In this document: one piece after another, positions 44,701 to 53,691 of the stretch
Numbering within the stretch: the stretch's first letter is position 1
Layout: each line of letters begins with the position of its first letter
From: Candidatus Poseidoniales archaeon
GTDB taxonomy: Archaea; Thermoplasmatota; Poseidoniia; Poseidoniales; Poseidoniaceae
Reading direction: 5' to 3'
Assembly (NCBI GenBank): GCA_003602415.1
Contig: QQSK01000009.1
Location: 3,891 to 67,890, forward strand
Length of the DNA stretch: 64,000 nt
Program-made: the position numbers and the translations under genes
Notes under the pieces: generated by a model
Database searches by the model: none
The model's input: the letters and a program-made list of their open reading frames with translations, nothing else
Told to the model about the DNA's origin: nothing

Positions 44701-45827
44701 CATAATGCAACTTGTACGGTTAGATAAGTTCCTAGTGGAGACGGCAAATCGAATTGTCTAATCGGTCCCAGGATTAATTCAAAATCGGCATCTCTTGCAA
44801 TTAGCATTGCTAAGATTACTTCACCTACAAGGAATGCTGAGGTCCATTGCATCAGATCTTGTCTCAATCTTCGATCTGCAGCTAGTAATCCCTGAACTGC
44901 AATAATGAATACAAGAAGTGAAATCGCTCCTCCAGCACCTCCTTCATTACTATATTCGTACAATAGTGGCAACAATCCAGAGGTTACGGCAACTACTGAG
45001 AAAATGATTCCACTATTTGCCCGTAGTGCTAACCACATCGAAAGAGATGCTAATGCAATCATCGTAATTCCTAATTCCCATGATACAATGTTTTCTGACC
45101 ACTCCATCCAAATGCTTGAACCAATCAGTGCAACAACAAGTGGAGTAAATGTCGCAACCGACCATCCAAAGGTAGTAACTCCTTTTAGTCGCATCAAATA
45201 CATTGTTTGAGCAAGTGCAAGAGTTAGGGTAGCTGCTAGTTGAATGTAAATTGCATTAGCAGTTGGAATCCAATCTATACTTGAAGGGTCTGTACCGGCG
45301 GGAATTAACCACTCAACATCATATTCGCCTGCCAGATGTCCAATTAGCCATCTTGCACCATAGTTAACGCCGACTGCAAGGAAGAAGAAACCTACTCCTA
45401 ACATATAGTCATGAACATTTTGTAGTTCATTACCACCTTTACGTCTTTGAAATTCAACTAGCATAATAGCAAGGAAACCAGACAGAAGTCCTCCGAAACC
45501 GAGTACAAGATATTCAGTCTGTCCAGTATCTTCTCCACCAAATGCGATCGACAGTAATCCTGCCCATATTGCAACCATTGCAATTCCAAATAATATCAAT
45601 TGAGCGAACTTTTGTAAAGACGAATTGACAACATTACTTTGTGCAACTCCAATTGAACCTAATTTTACATTAGGTGTTGGTTGAGTGTTGGCATATAGGG
45701 TGCCTGCCCTCGCAGTAAGCGTTTTTGTGTTAGACGGTCTTCTTGGCCGAGATGGTGGATTTGCCATTTCAATCGGTGGTAAATTAGGCCTAGTACTTTT
45801 GAATGTTGAGCCGGAACTCTGGCTCAA
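41718..45827 (-). CDS. Large polytopic membrane protein of unknown function with an acidic C-terminal tail
   Basis: 1369-aa ORF with dozens of hydrophobic segments and an EEEIIDLDEI repeat tail. The start is uncertain (TTG 45827 or ATG 45767). Confidence 0.8.
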   Translation of the reverse strand: MSQSSGSTFKSTRPNLPPIEMANPPSRPRRPSNTKTLTARAGTLYANTQPTPNVKLGSIGVAQSNVVNSSLQKFAQLILFGIAMVAIWAGLLSIAFGGEDTGQTEYLVLGFGGLLSGFLAIMLVEFQRRKGGNELQNVHDYMLGVGFFFLAVGVNYGARWLIGHLAGEYDVEWLIPAGTDPSSIDWIPTANAIYIQLAATLTLALAQTMYLMRLKGVTTFGWSVATFTPLVVALIGSSIWMEWSENIVSWELGITMIALASLSMWLALRANSGIIFSVVAVTSGLLPLLYEYSNEGGAGGAISLLVFIIAVQGLLAADRRLRQDLMQWTSAFLVGEVILAMLIARDADFELILGPIRQFDLPSPLGTYLTVQVALWLAVLIAYFPATLKRRIPYMPIGLAASLFIITPSSGLIPWMVTLIMLPYLLVISKVTRNWVANMTMIATGFSFFAQSHFTGGFEPWWLEATILIAVLVSGELGRQKGHLSDWAHFVTLGLMVLSESVLFGDDPFIPWTLFLYAVISAYMMMMNAEKEGDSKSAFEGSAATAGSMVIAVILSLFDRLEVPLPDNISDTLQGFNITLALVGLIVYASMRKFRTIELDIGVMMSWAESTRTNMMPVFDTTKNAWIVPDKAQNQNTNVMDYSWGPLGRMSLIGPMVLFTVALTSVGVQSLGDDLLWTLLLVIPIGIIIKEVIDEEEASSTGRMIATITLIAVAAPMAFSLNQARADADVILNTTILFDLILLAGPVGISILLAKKGLNDESLNKAADVVTLIGLLIIGLFDTSGGILFLSMYILVFTRALKHRLNLVLCIAPISFILYGDVSGDRFVTDGAVVAEILSMFDIISYNPAEITLLDLSRFSFIIIGITNLIILGKGILDRQYGVDEGVEEMPMTIPAFWLTLGLFGILPEASWLMLTITILLTMYSVLTGKVEFIPWSAPLILVSFLIGFGNDSNFTHFDGIDQLTHSLLGTGIFTLMLNQASEKGWIYKWADQAVMNQKSTVSSFDLETIEGRERLTTVMRIWTIFCLTFSWTAFKGIGTLVGAIWATYDSFINGQKYAILALPLLHAFAVWNILERLDQVGTVQDVLVGAVLILSGILMTLIASKTEIAWNWKIFNWQDEIEYYGWIDRIGLLGIAYFLSGISWAIGEAEQDTMLWAIWATFLSGIAVQGFRDETETPWRRGVGSMGSIFSLFMMSLTFETDLYTNVTWMFLGVVALGFGFAYISRMGEISTVFDEGYSQAKDAITQALDQGNRNIPEAVLDESDLEDEEEIEEVEEVEDEEDEIIDLDEIEDEEEEIIDLDEIDEEKYVNEIPAPVLDTSDFDYDLLLDPSVTAAIQNSLASTPHDGFKPVVSIAPNGNLKIDFVEI

Positions 45828-45835
45828 ATCGTCAA

Positions 45836-47776
45836 TTAATCGATAATTTCAGCCTCGACAACCTCATCAATATCCGAGTCATCATAATTGATTTCTTTTT
45901 CTTGGTCACTCTTCAATATCGATGCAACAAGAATAATTGTTAGTAGTATAGCAGCGATAACAGATCCGTAAAGTATCAAATCGGAGGATGAACTCTCACT
46001 TTCATCAACACTGGATTTATCGGTTAACATGATGTCAATAGAAATCAATGGGCTAGAACTTGTTCCTTCAATACCTCGCATCGAAAGTGTATGGTTGCCA
46101 AGTAGTTCAATTCCTGGAAGATGTTCTAACTCGTGAACGATGTCCTCATAATCTAATGTGACCTTCATTTCATGGTCATATGAATGTATATTTGACCATG
46201 AGTCTCGCAAATCATTACTCATCCACTGAACAGTATCTACTCCTTGACTTAACTCAACAACAATCGAGTCTCCTGGGCCAAGTTCAACATTTCTATTCGA
46301 GTTTAGTTGATTGGTTAGTACTAGAGAGATGTTCGAATTAAAACTCCAAACTTGGTTATACTCTGCCGCTTCTAAAACCGATTCAAGTGCATTTACGTGG
46401 CCGTGGCCATAGACATTGTTTTGCCTGTTCTTAGGAATCAAATCTTCAGGACATGCCTCATTTGCAAACATATAGTGACATTGACGATATGTAGCTTGTT
46501 CTTGAAGGATATTTCGGATATCGAAGGGGGAAAGGTCTGGGTTTGCTTGCAGCATCAATGCTCCAACACCTGCAGCCCCTGGAGTTGCCATACTTGTTCC
46601 ACTGAATCCAACATATTGGTCGATTGAATTTGCTTCAACCGACATAATGTTGCTTCCCATGTATGCGATATTTGGCTTGATTTTTCCTTCCTCTGTAGGG
46701 CCTTGGCTAGAATAAATTGCAATTGAAGTGTCTTTATCTAGCGCACCAACAGTAATTGCATCTTCTGCTGAACCAGGAGTTCCTATTTGAGCGCTAACAG
46801 CGCTGTTTCCTGCTGCGATGAACAATGCTATGCCCGAGCGCATCATTTCATTTGCTTGCCTGTTGACACTGTCTTCTTCTGAAGAAGTCCATTCTATTGC
46901 ACCTGGTCCACCTAGACTCATTGAAGCAGCCCTTGTGTTATACTGGTGCATGGTATCTATCGTCCATTGCATTCCTGCCATTACAGTAGCAAATGAACCG
47001 GAACCTCCTGCATCTAGTACCTTAACTCCTACGAGGTGGGCTTGTGGAGCCATTCCAGGATGCTCATACGTAGGCGCGCCTGTGCCCGCAGTGGTTCCAC
47101 CGCAGTGAGAACCATGCCCTTGGTCATCGTAAGCGAAATCAGTTCCGTTGGTATTGCCCGGGTTGTTTACTGGGTCGTAGAATCCAATGATTTTCGGGTC
47201 ATAGGTAGTGGGGTCGTCGTCTTGATCATCAAGACTTGTGTGATTACCATCTAGTCCTGTATCGATAATTGCAACAGTGGAACCTGAACCGTCGTACCCT
47301 GTCTCCAAGAACGCGGTATCAACTCCATGACCAGCTCTTGCATCAGCATTAGCAATAGTTAGAATTCCATCCAGTTCAATCATTACTACTCCTGGAAGGT
47401 CTCTAAGAGTTAGTAGTTCGGTTACCGGAACTCTTCCTGCCAATGCATCAATGCCATGCAAGATGAATTGGTGCTGATAATCAACATTCTTTTCCAACAT
47501 CTCGATTTCATCATGTCCAGGCGTGTAATAGAAATCAATAATCAGAGGAAGTGTATTTTGAGCATCTAGGAAAATTGGGTTATCCATATGTAACTCAACC
47601 ATGTCTCCAATCTTGTTTTGGTTTCTGTCAACAGTGGTTTCAGTCCACCATCCTTGAGGAATTTCTTCATCGTTATCAGATGCAGATACAGGTACTGCTG
47701 CCACAGCTAAAGGTGCTAGAAGAATTGCCAGTCCAAACAAACTGAAAATACGCTTGTAGTTACTCATATCTCTCAC
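45836..47776 (-). CDS. Secreted, membrane-anchored subtilisin-like (S8) serine peptidase
   Basis: Catalytic triad motifs IIDTG, HGSHCGG and GTSMATP; oxyanion AAGN; signal peptide and C-terminal TM. Confidence 0.93.
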   Translation of the reverse strand: MRDMSNYKRIFSLFGLAILLAPLAVAAVPVSASDNDEEIPQGWWTETTVDRNQNKIGDMVELHMDNPIFLDAQNTLPLIIDFYYTPGHDEIEMLEKNVDYQHQFILHGIDALAGRVPVTELLTLRDLPGVVMIELDGILTIANADARAGHGVDTAFLETGYDGSGSTVAIIDTGLDGNHTSLDDQDDDPTTYDPKIIGFYDPVNNPGNTNGTDFAYDDQGHGSHCGGTTAGTGAPTYEHPGMAPQAHLVGVKVLDAGGSGSFATVMAGMQWTIDTMHQYNTRAASMSLGGPGAIEWTSSEEDSVNRQANEMMRSGIALFIAAGNSAVSAQIGTPGSAEDAITVGALDKDTSIAIYSSQGPTEEGKIKPNIAYMGSNIMSVEANSIDQYVGFSGTSMATPGAAGVGALMLQANPDLSPFDIRNILQEQATYRQCHYMFANEACPEDLIPKNRQNNVYGHGHVNALESVLEAAEYNQVWSFNSNISLVLTNQLNSNRNVELGPGDSIVVELSQGVDTVQWMSNDLRDSWSNIHSYDHEMKVTLDYEDIVHELEHLPGIELLGNHTLSMRGIEGTSSSPLISIDIMLTDKSSVDESESSSSDLILYGSVIAAILLTIILVASILKSDQEKEINYDDSDIDEVVEAEIID

Positions 47777-47869
47777 GGCAGGTGACTCGAGACATTGATA
47801 GTGTTTGAATCCTATGTATTAATGCTAAATCGGGATAGATGTCAAAACCTATTGTCAACAGGAGGTAAC

Positions 47870-49243
47870 ATGGGGCTTCAGAACTGGTTCAGTCGAGTTT
47901 TGATGTCCACTTGGTTTCGAGAAATCAGCGTAATCGATGTCGAAAACCTTCCCACCGACAGAGGCAGCGTGATTGTTTCATGGCACCCCGGAGGCTTATT
48001 CGACAATATGCTAACAAAGGGATTGCTTCCCGGTAAGCAAGTTACTTTCGATGGTCAATTAAGCGATGATGAAGAACTTGAAGAATTAGCTTCGAGAGTT
48101 GCTTTAGGAGAGAACATTGTAGTTTTCCCCGAAGGAGAATCACATAATTCTCCTAAGATTAAACAGATTAGGGATTGTGCAGCAAAAATTGCATTACGGG
48201 CAGTCGAATTATCAAACGGTAAAGATCCGGTAATCATTCCCGTAGGAATCCATTACAGCAAGAAATATTACTTCAGAGAAAGGGCTGCTATAACTGTCGA
48301 AAGACCGATTGAAGTAAAGGGCTCAGTGGACGAATTAAGCAAGATAATTTCAGGAGAAATATCTCGAGCATCTCAATCACAGGATGACTGGAAAGATAGA
48401 GAACTAATTTGGAAAGCACGTTCAATCATCAGCGCCGAAAGAAAGAGAATGAGCGATGAATCTAATGCAAAACCAAGTTATGGAGAAGCGGTATTAGGCG
48501 CAAGAAGAGTACGTGCTGCTTGGGAATGGTTTGCGGTTAACAACAAAGAAAGTTGCCAAACATTAGAGATTAGAACTAGAGAACATATGGAACTAATTGA
48601 TTCATACAATCTTAGACCTTATGATATAGATAGCCGCCCTAAGTCAGTGACAACTAAAGGCTTTGTAAAATCTATATTTCAATGGCTATATGCTTGGTCA
48701 TTCATGCTAGGTTTCGTTACCATTAGTGCAATAATAGGCTCATTCCCACCATTCCTAACGGTCGTATTTTTCGATAGAGTATTCGGCTCCAAATTCGAGC
48801 AATCTAAACGAGGAGCGATGAAATTGTATGTCTCATTCATAGTTTATCCAATTTGGTGGATATTGTCGGCATGGGCTTTCACATGGGCATTGTTATCTGA
48901 TTCAAGTCCAATTGCTAGTCTTGCAGATTATAGCATGATTTTGGAATTCTTATTCTCAATTCCAGCATATGCAGTATTCCCATTGATGCTTTGGTGGATG
49001 CCTACTTCTGGGAAATTGCAGATGATACTGTACTCAAGAGGTAAAATCTCATGGCGAAGGATGAGATTGTGGATGAAGTGGAGAGATCCTAGATTCGATT
49101 GGGATAGATTGTGTAAGTTACAACAAGAATTAGCATCAGACTTGGTCTTAATCGGTGACAATCTAGTATTGCCTGGCGACCCAGATTGGGTAGAACCAAA
49201 ACCTGGATTTGATGACATCAGTTCTGTGATTTCAAGAAATTAG
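47870..49243 (+). CDS. plsC: PlsC/glycerolipid acyltransferase family protein with a C-terminal membrane domain
   Basis: WHPGGLFD (H..D catalytic motif), VVFPEGESH and IIPVGIHY. SD sequence GGAGGT at 47861-66 precedes ATG 47870. Confidence 0.75.
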   Translation: MGLQNWFSRVLMSTWFREISVIDVENLPTDRGSVIVSWHPGGLFDNMLTKGLLPGKQVTFDGQLSDDEELEELASRVALGENIVVFPEGESHNSPKIKQIRDCAAKIALRAVELSNGKDPVIIPVGIHYSKKYYFRERAAITVERPIEVKGSVDELSKIISGEISRASQSQDDWKDRELIWKARSIISAERKRMSDESNAKPSYGEAVLGARRVRAAWEWFAVNNKESCQTLEIRTREHMELIDSYNLRPYDIDSRPKSVTTKGFVKSIFQWLYAWSFMLGFVTISAIIGSFPPFLTVVFFDRVFGSKFEQSKRGAMKLYVSFIVYPIWWILSAWAFTWALLSDSSPIASLADYSMILEFLFSIPAYAVFPLMLWWMPTSGKLQMILYSRGKISWRRMRLWMKWRDPRFDWDRLCKLQQELASDLVLIGDNLVLPGDPDWVEPKPGFDDISSVISRN

Positions 49244-49333
49244 ATTTATTCAATTTTGAAACTCAAAATCAGATATTTTAGGGCCAATGCTGAAAGGGTG
49301 ATTCTTCTTCCCACTGTTTGGTTGGTGTAAACT

Positions 49334-49936
49334 ATGGTCGGCGAAGAACATGTTTCTATGGTTCCTGCAGCCCCTTCCAAAATCTGGGCTGCTGATGTAA
49401 ACGGCCAACCAAAAGAGGTTTTGGTAAATTCTAATGCGATTTTGTTAGATGTCCTGAGAGACAAGGTAGGATGTTTGGGTGTAAAACGCGGCTGTGACAT
49501 GGGAACATGTGGATGTTGTACCGTAATGATAGATGGCGAACCTCGACTATCTTGTCTCACAATGGCCCAAGATGCAGAAGGCTGTGACATCACTACAGTT
49601 GAAGGATTAGCAGATGGTGCACATCTTGCTCCAATCCAGAAGTGTTTCGCAGACCATGGAGGCTCGCAGTGTGGCTTTTGCACTCCTGGGTTTTTGGTCG
49701 CTTCACAGGCACTTTTGAATGAAAACTCCAATCCTTCTAACCAAGAAATAGCATGTGCAATTGAAGGAAATCTTTGCAGATGTACAGGGTATCAACAAAT
49801 CATAGAATCCATTCAAGCGGCCGCTGCAATTCATCGTGGAGAAAGCGAACTGCCAGCTCCTGCCAGCGATGCTCATCCTGACCCTAACCCGAGTGGTCCT
49901 GATGAACCGACTATGCCTCCGGGCCATGCGAGGTGA
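49334..49936 (+). CDS. hcrC: 2x[2Fe-2S] small subunit of a xanthine-oxidase-family molybdoenzyme (HcrC/CoxS-like)
   Basis: GCDMGTCGCCTV..CL, QCGFCTPG and GNLCRCTGY. Confidence 0.85.
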   Translation: MVGEEHVSMVPAAPSKIWAADVNGQPKEVLVNSNAILLDVLRDKVGCLGVKRGCDMGTCGCCTVMIDGEPRLSCLTMAQDAEGCDITTVEGLADGAHLAPIQKCFADHGGSQCGFCTPGFLVASQALLNENSNPSNQEIACAIEGNLCRCTGYQQIIESIQAAAAIHRGESELPAPASDAHPDPNPSGPDEPTMPPGHAR

Positions 49937-49940
49937 TTTT

Positions 49941-52745
49941 TTGTCTGGCGGTTACAAACAGCAACCCGGTAGCGGAGGTAATTCTATCCGTAAAGATGGA
50001 AAGAGAGTTGCTGGTAAGCAGAAATTCGCTCCACCAGGTTCTGGTGGTTCAGACCCTGTAATGAAACCTCGAGATTTGGATTTCATTCCTGAGATGGTAG
50101 GTGGGAATGAGAAGCAACCTGCAGGTGCTCACATACACGACCGTGCTAGGACCGGCACCATTGTAGGAAAGCCGACAACTTTAGTCGATGCTAATGCGAA
50201 AGTTACTGGGCAGGCCTGGTATGGAGATGACGTACGGTTACCCAACGAGATTATTGGCAGAATTGTCCGCTCACCTCATCATTATGCTAAAGTGGTCAGC
50301 ATTGATACTTCGAAGGCCGAAAAACTCCCTGGAGTTTTAGCCATTGCAACCGGAGAAGACGCTCCGAACAGTTTTGGTGTTTTACCAGTTACAAAAGACG
50401 AACACGCAATGGCAGTAGAAAAAGTGAGACACGTAGGAGATTTGGTGGCTTGTGTTGCAGCGATTGATGAAGCTACAGCAAGAGAAGCAGCAGCGTTAAT
50501 CGATGTAGAGTATGAGGTGTTAGATTCTATTCACGACATGCGTAAGGGATTGGAAGATGTTGACGAACCCATTCACTGGAGAGGTAAGTATCACGTTGGT
50601 ACTACAAATGTTCAGAAAAGGGTTTTCCAGGAGTTCGGAGATCGCTCAATGATTGAGGACCCGAATGCCATGTATCATGGTAAATGGAAGTTCATGGGAG
50701 TAAATCACGGATTCACTGAACCACACGCAGTAGTGGCCCATTGGGATTCAAACGGTCGATTACAGTTGTACACTCCTCAGCAAGTTCCGCATTACGCTCA
50801 CAGAGCACTCGCAACAGTTCTGGACGTTCCAATGCATCAAGTCAATGTGATTCGAACATTTGTAGGAGGAGGTTTTGGTGGCAAGTCTGACCCATTCCCT
50901 CACGAAATGTGTGCTGCTATTTTGGCTAGAAAAGCAGGGCGACCAGTCAGAATAACCTTTGACAGAGAAGAGGTATTTTGGGTCAACCGTGGAAGGCACC
51001 CCAGTCATATTGAAGTTCAAATGTATGCAGATGAAGAAGCTAGAATCTCTGGCTTTGACATTGATGCTCTTATCGATGGAGGCGGATTCGCATCTTTTGG
51101 ACACGTCACTTCATATTACAACGGAGTTTTAGCCACCGCTCCATATGAATTGGGCTCATTCCATTACACAGGAGCAAGGGTTTGGACGAACAAACCAGCA
51201 AGTGGTGCGATGAGAGGTCATGGGGCAGTAAATACCCGATGCGCAGTCGAAGTTGGACTAGATGACATGGCTGAACAATTGCAAGTTGATCCAATCGATT
51301 TACGACTTGCTAACTTACTACCCCCTCATTCGAGAACAATTTCAGGATTCAGAATCACTTCAAATGGAATGCGTCAAGCATTACAGAAAGTCAGAGAAGG
51401 TAGTGATTGGGATAACAAATTCAGAAAATTACCCTTGGGTAAAGGAATTGGAATCGGTTGTGGCTTCTTCATTTCAGGCTCAGGATTGCCAATTCATTGG
51501 GACCCGAACAAATTCCCTCATGCAACCGTCCATCTCCAAATCGACATGGATGGAGGAGTAACAGTTCATACAGGTGCTGCTGACATTGGACAGGGTTCTA
51601 CTACAGCGGTAGCACAAGTTGTCGCCGAAGTTCTTGCTCTACCTATCGAAATGATTCATGTTCGAAGTCATGAATCAGATACTAGCCCTGTAGACCTTGG
51701 TTCATATTCTTCCAGAGTCACTTTCATGAATGCAAATGCTGCAATACGTGCAGCATTGGAAATCAAAGAGAAGTTGTTGAATGCTGCATGGGACACATTA
51801 GGTTATCATCCAGATACCCTGGTTCTCAACGACAGGCGAATCTACTACAAACACGACCCTGCAATTGGAATGTCGTATCTCGAGGCGCTTCACAAAGCGC
51901 AAGAAGACAAAGGTGCACTTATCTCATCAGGAGCATATCGTTCACCTCCAATGGGCGGTGTTCACAAAGGTGCAGCAGCTGGTTTAGCACCTGCATATTC
52001 CTTCTCTGCATATGTTGCCGAAGTAGAGGTTGATGTCGAAACTGGCATGATAAAATGTACCGATGTATGGGCTGCTCACGATTGTGGTAAAGCATTGAAC
52101 CCTCTTGCCGTTGAAGGGCAGATAATCGGTTCATGCCACATGGGATTGGGTCAAGTTTTGACTGAGCAAATGGTGTATGGAAGAACTGGGCATTTGCAAA
52201 ACCCCAATCTTTTGGAATATAAAATTCCAAGCGTGCATGAAATGCCAAACGTCACTCCAATTATCATAGAATCATGCGACCCTGAAGGGCCATTCGGTGC
52301 AAAAGAAGCTGGAGAAGGCCCGCTACTACCAATACTTCCAGCGGTAGTAAACGCTGTTTACGATGCGATTGGAATTAGGATTAACGATCTTCCTCTCACT
52401 CCGGACAAAGTTTGGGCAGCAATCGCAAAGAAAATGAAAGTTGATGGTATAGAAGACCCATCAAGTCTACCAGTTCCACGTTTGGATTTCTCAGAATTAC
52501 AATCAAAGTTAGCAAAACGTGCTGCTAATCATGAAATTAGAGACAAGAGAAGACAAACTACTGAAGATACTCATGCATATGTGAATGGAGTATTGTTTGG
52601 ATTTGACCCCAATGTTCCTCTTGAGGAACAAGTGGATGGATGGAAATCCGCAGATAAGCCAGAACCTGAACAATTGGCTGAATTAGGATTGGCCGGTAAG
52701 GCTTGGCTAAAAGACGAGCAACGTCACATGGGAGGTGAAAACTGA
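49941..52745 (+). CDS. hcrA: Molybdopterin-binding large subunit, 4-hydroxybenzoyl-CoA reductase alpha-like
   Basis: FGVLP, VNH..EP, QVP, GGGFG, AMRGHG, TGAADIGQG, GSYSSRVTF, GKALNPLAVEGQ and GPFGAKEAGEG. SD GAGGTGA (49930-36) precedes TTG 49941. Confidence 0.8.
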   Translation: MSGGYKQQPGSGGNSIRKDGKRVAGKQKFAPPGSGGSDPVMKPRDLDFIPEMVGGNEKQPAGAHIHDRARTGTIVGKPTTLVDANAKVTGQAWYGDDVRLPNEIIGRIVRSPHHYAKVVSIDTSKAEKLPGVLAIATGEDAPNSFGVLPVTKDEHAMAVEKVRHVGDLVACVAAIDEATAREAAALIDVEYEVLDSIHDMRKGLEDVDEPIHWRGKYHVGTTNVQKRVFQEFGDRSMIEDPNAMYHGKWKFMGVNHGFTEPHAVVAHWDSNGRLQLYTPQQVPHYAHRALATVLDVPMHQVNVIRTFVGGGFGGKSDPFPHEMCAAILARKAGRPVRITFDREEVFWVNRGRHPSHIEVQMYADEEARISGFDIDALIDGGGFASFGHVTSYYNGVLATAPYELGSFHYTGARVWTNKPASGAMRGHGAVNTRCAVEVGLDDMAEQLQVDPIDLRLANLLPPHSRTISGFRITSNGMRQALQKVREGSDWDNKFRKLPLGKGIGIGCGFFISGSGLPIHWDPNKFPHATVHLQIDMDGGVTVHTGAADIGQGSTTAVAQVVAEVLALPIEMIHVRSHESDTSPVDLGSYSSRVTFMNANAAIRAALEIKEKLLNAAWDTLGYHPDTLVLNDRRIYYKHDPAIGMSYLEALHKAQEDKGALISSGAYRSPPMGGVHKGAAAGLAPAYSFSAYVAEVEVDVETGMIKCTDVWAAHDCGKALNPLAVEGQIIGSCHMGLGQVLTEQMVYGRTGHLQNPNLLEYKIPSVHEMPNVTPIIIESCDPEGPFGAKEAGEGPLLPILPAVVNAVYDAIGIRINDLPLTPDKVWAAIAKKMKVDGIEDPSSLPVPRLDFSELQSKLAKRAANHEIRDKRRQTTEDTHAYVNGVLFGFDPNVPLEEQVDGWKSADKPEPEQLAELGLAGKAWLKDEQRHMGGEN

Positions 52746-53689
52746 TGCTAATGCCACCGTTTGAACTTCACAAACCTAAATCGGTTGAAGAAGCATGTAA
52801 TTTGGCTGCTGAACTTCTAGAAAGTGGTCAAGAATTTGACTGGATTGCAGGAGGAACCGATTTGATTCCAAATTACAAATGGCATATCAATACTAAACCT
52901 CACGTAATCTCATTAGCAGGAATAGATGGGGTTTCAGATATTTCAATGACTGAAATAGGTTGTATGGCGAGACTTCATGATATTGCTGAAGGCGGAAATG
53001 CACATCCATTAATCGCTGAGGCTGCTAGCAAAGTAGCATCTTCGCTGATTCGACGAAATGCTACATTGGGTGGTAATTTATGCTTGGACACTCGTTGTTT
53101 CTGGTTCAACCAAGCAGAAGAATGGAGGAGTAGTATCGATTGGTGTCACAAGTGTGATTGTGGTACAGGTGCTGATTGCAGAGTTATTCCAAATCAAAAT
53201 GAATTATGTGTGGCTACTTACCAAGGAGATATGGCTCCAAATCTGATGGTCCTTGATGCCACAGCACATTTGATTGGTCCAAATGGAGAAAGGTCAATGC
53301 CACTTCATGAGTTTTACCAATTGGATGGAATGACGAGAAATGTTCTGGAGCCTGGAGAATTTATGCTGAAGATTACATTCCCTGAGGATGTAGGAAATTG
53401 GGTCGGCTCCTATCGTAAGTTAAGGATTAGAGATTCATGGGATTTCCCTGAAGCAGGCGCTGCCGCAGCTTGGAAAAAAGGCGACAGGTCCACACTTAGA
53501 GTTGCTACCACAGCCCTTGAAAGCATACCTAGAAGACACGATGAAGAGGTTGCTAACTCCAATGGAGACGTTAAGACAATTTGTGATGCAATATATGATT
53601 CAACCAAGCCGGTAAACAATACTGCACTTCCACCTAGGTACCGCAGAAATATGATCAAGGTCTTGGTAAAGAGAGCATGCGAGGAATAA
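52745..53689 (+). CDS. hcrB: FAD-binding subunit with a Cys-rich [4Fe-4S]-type insertion (HcrB-like)
   Basis: IAGGTDL.PN and ATLGGNLCLDTRC.W.NQ..WR...WC..C.C....C........C.ATYQGD; RIRDSWDFP. Confidence 0.82.
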   Translation: MLMPPFELHKPKSVEEACNLAAELLESGQEFDWIAGGTDLIPNYKWHINTKPHVISLAGIDGVSDISMTEIGCMARLHDIAEGGNAHPLIAEAASKVASSLIRRNATLGGNLCLDTRCFWFNQAEEWRSSIDWCHKCDCGTGADCRVIPNQNELCVATYQGDMAPNLMVLDATAHLIGPNGERSMPLHEFYQLDGMTRNVLEPGEFMLKITFPEDVGNWVGSYRKLRIRDSWDFPEAGAAAAWKKGDRSTLRVATTALESIPRRHDEEVANSNGDVKTICDAIYDSTKPVNNTALPPRYRRNMIKVLVKRACEE

Positions 53690-53691
53690 TT

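Noticed and set aside
49836-49940. 100-nt overlap of hcrC and hcrA suggesting a frameshift or fusion
   Set aside because: An SD (GAGGTGA, 49930-36) followed by TTG at 49941 gives a normal non-overlapping start.
49941-52745. Aerobic CO dehydrogenase large subunit (CoxL)
   Set aside because: The AYRCSFR (form I) and AYRGAGR (form II) loops are absent. AMRGHG and the Cys insertion in the FAD subunit point to the Hcr type.
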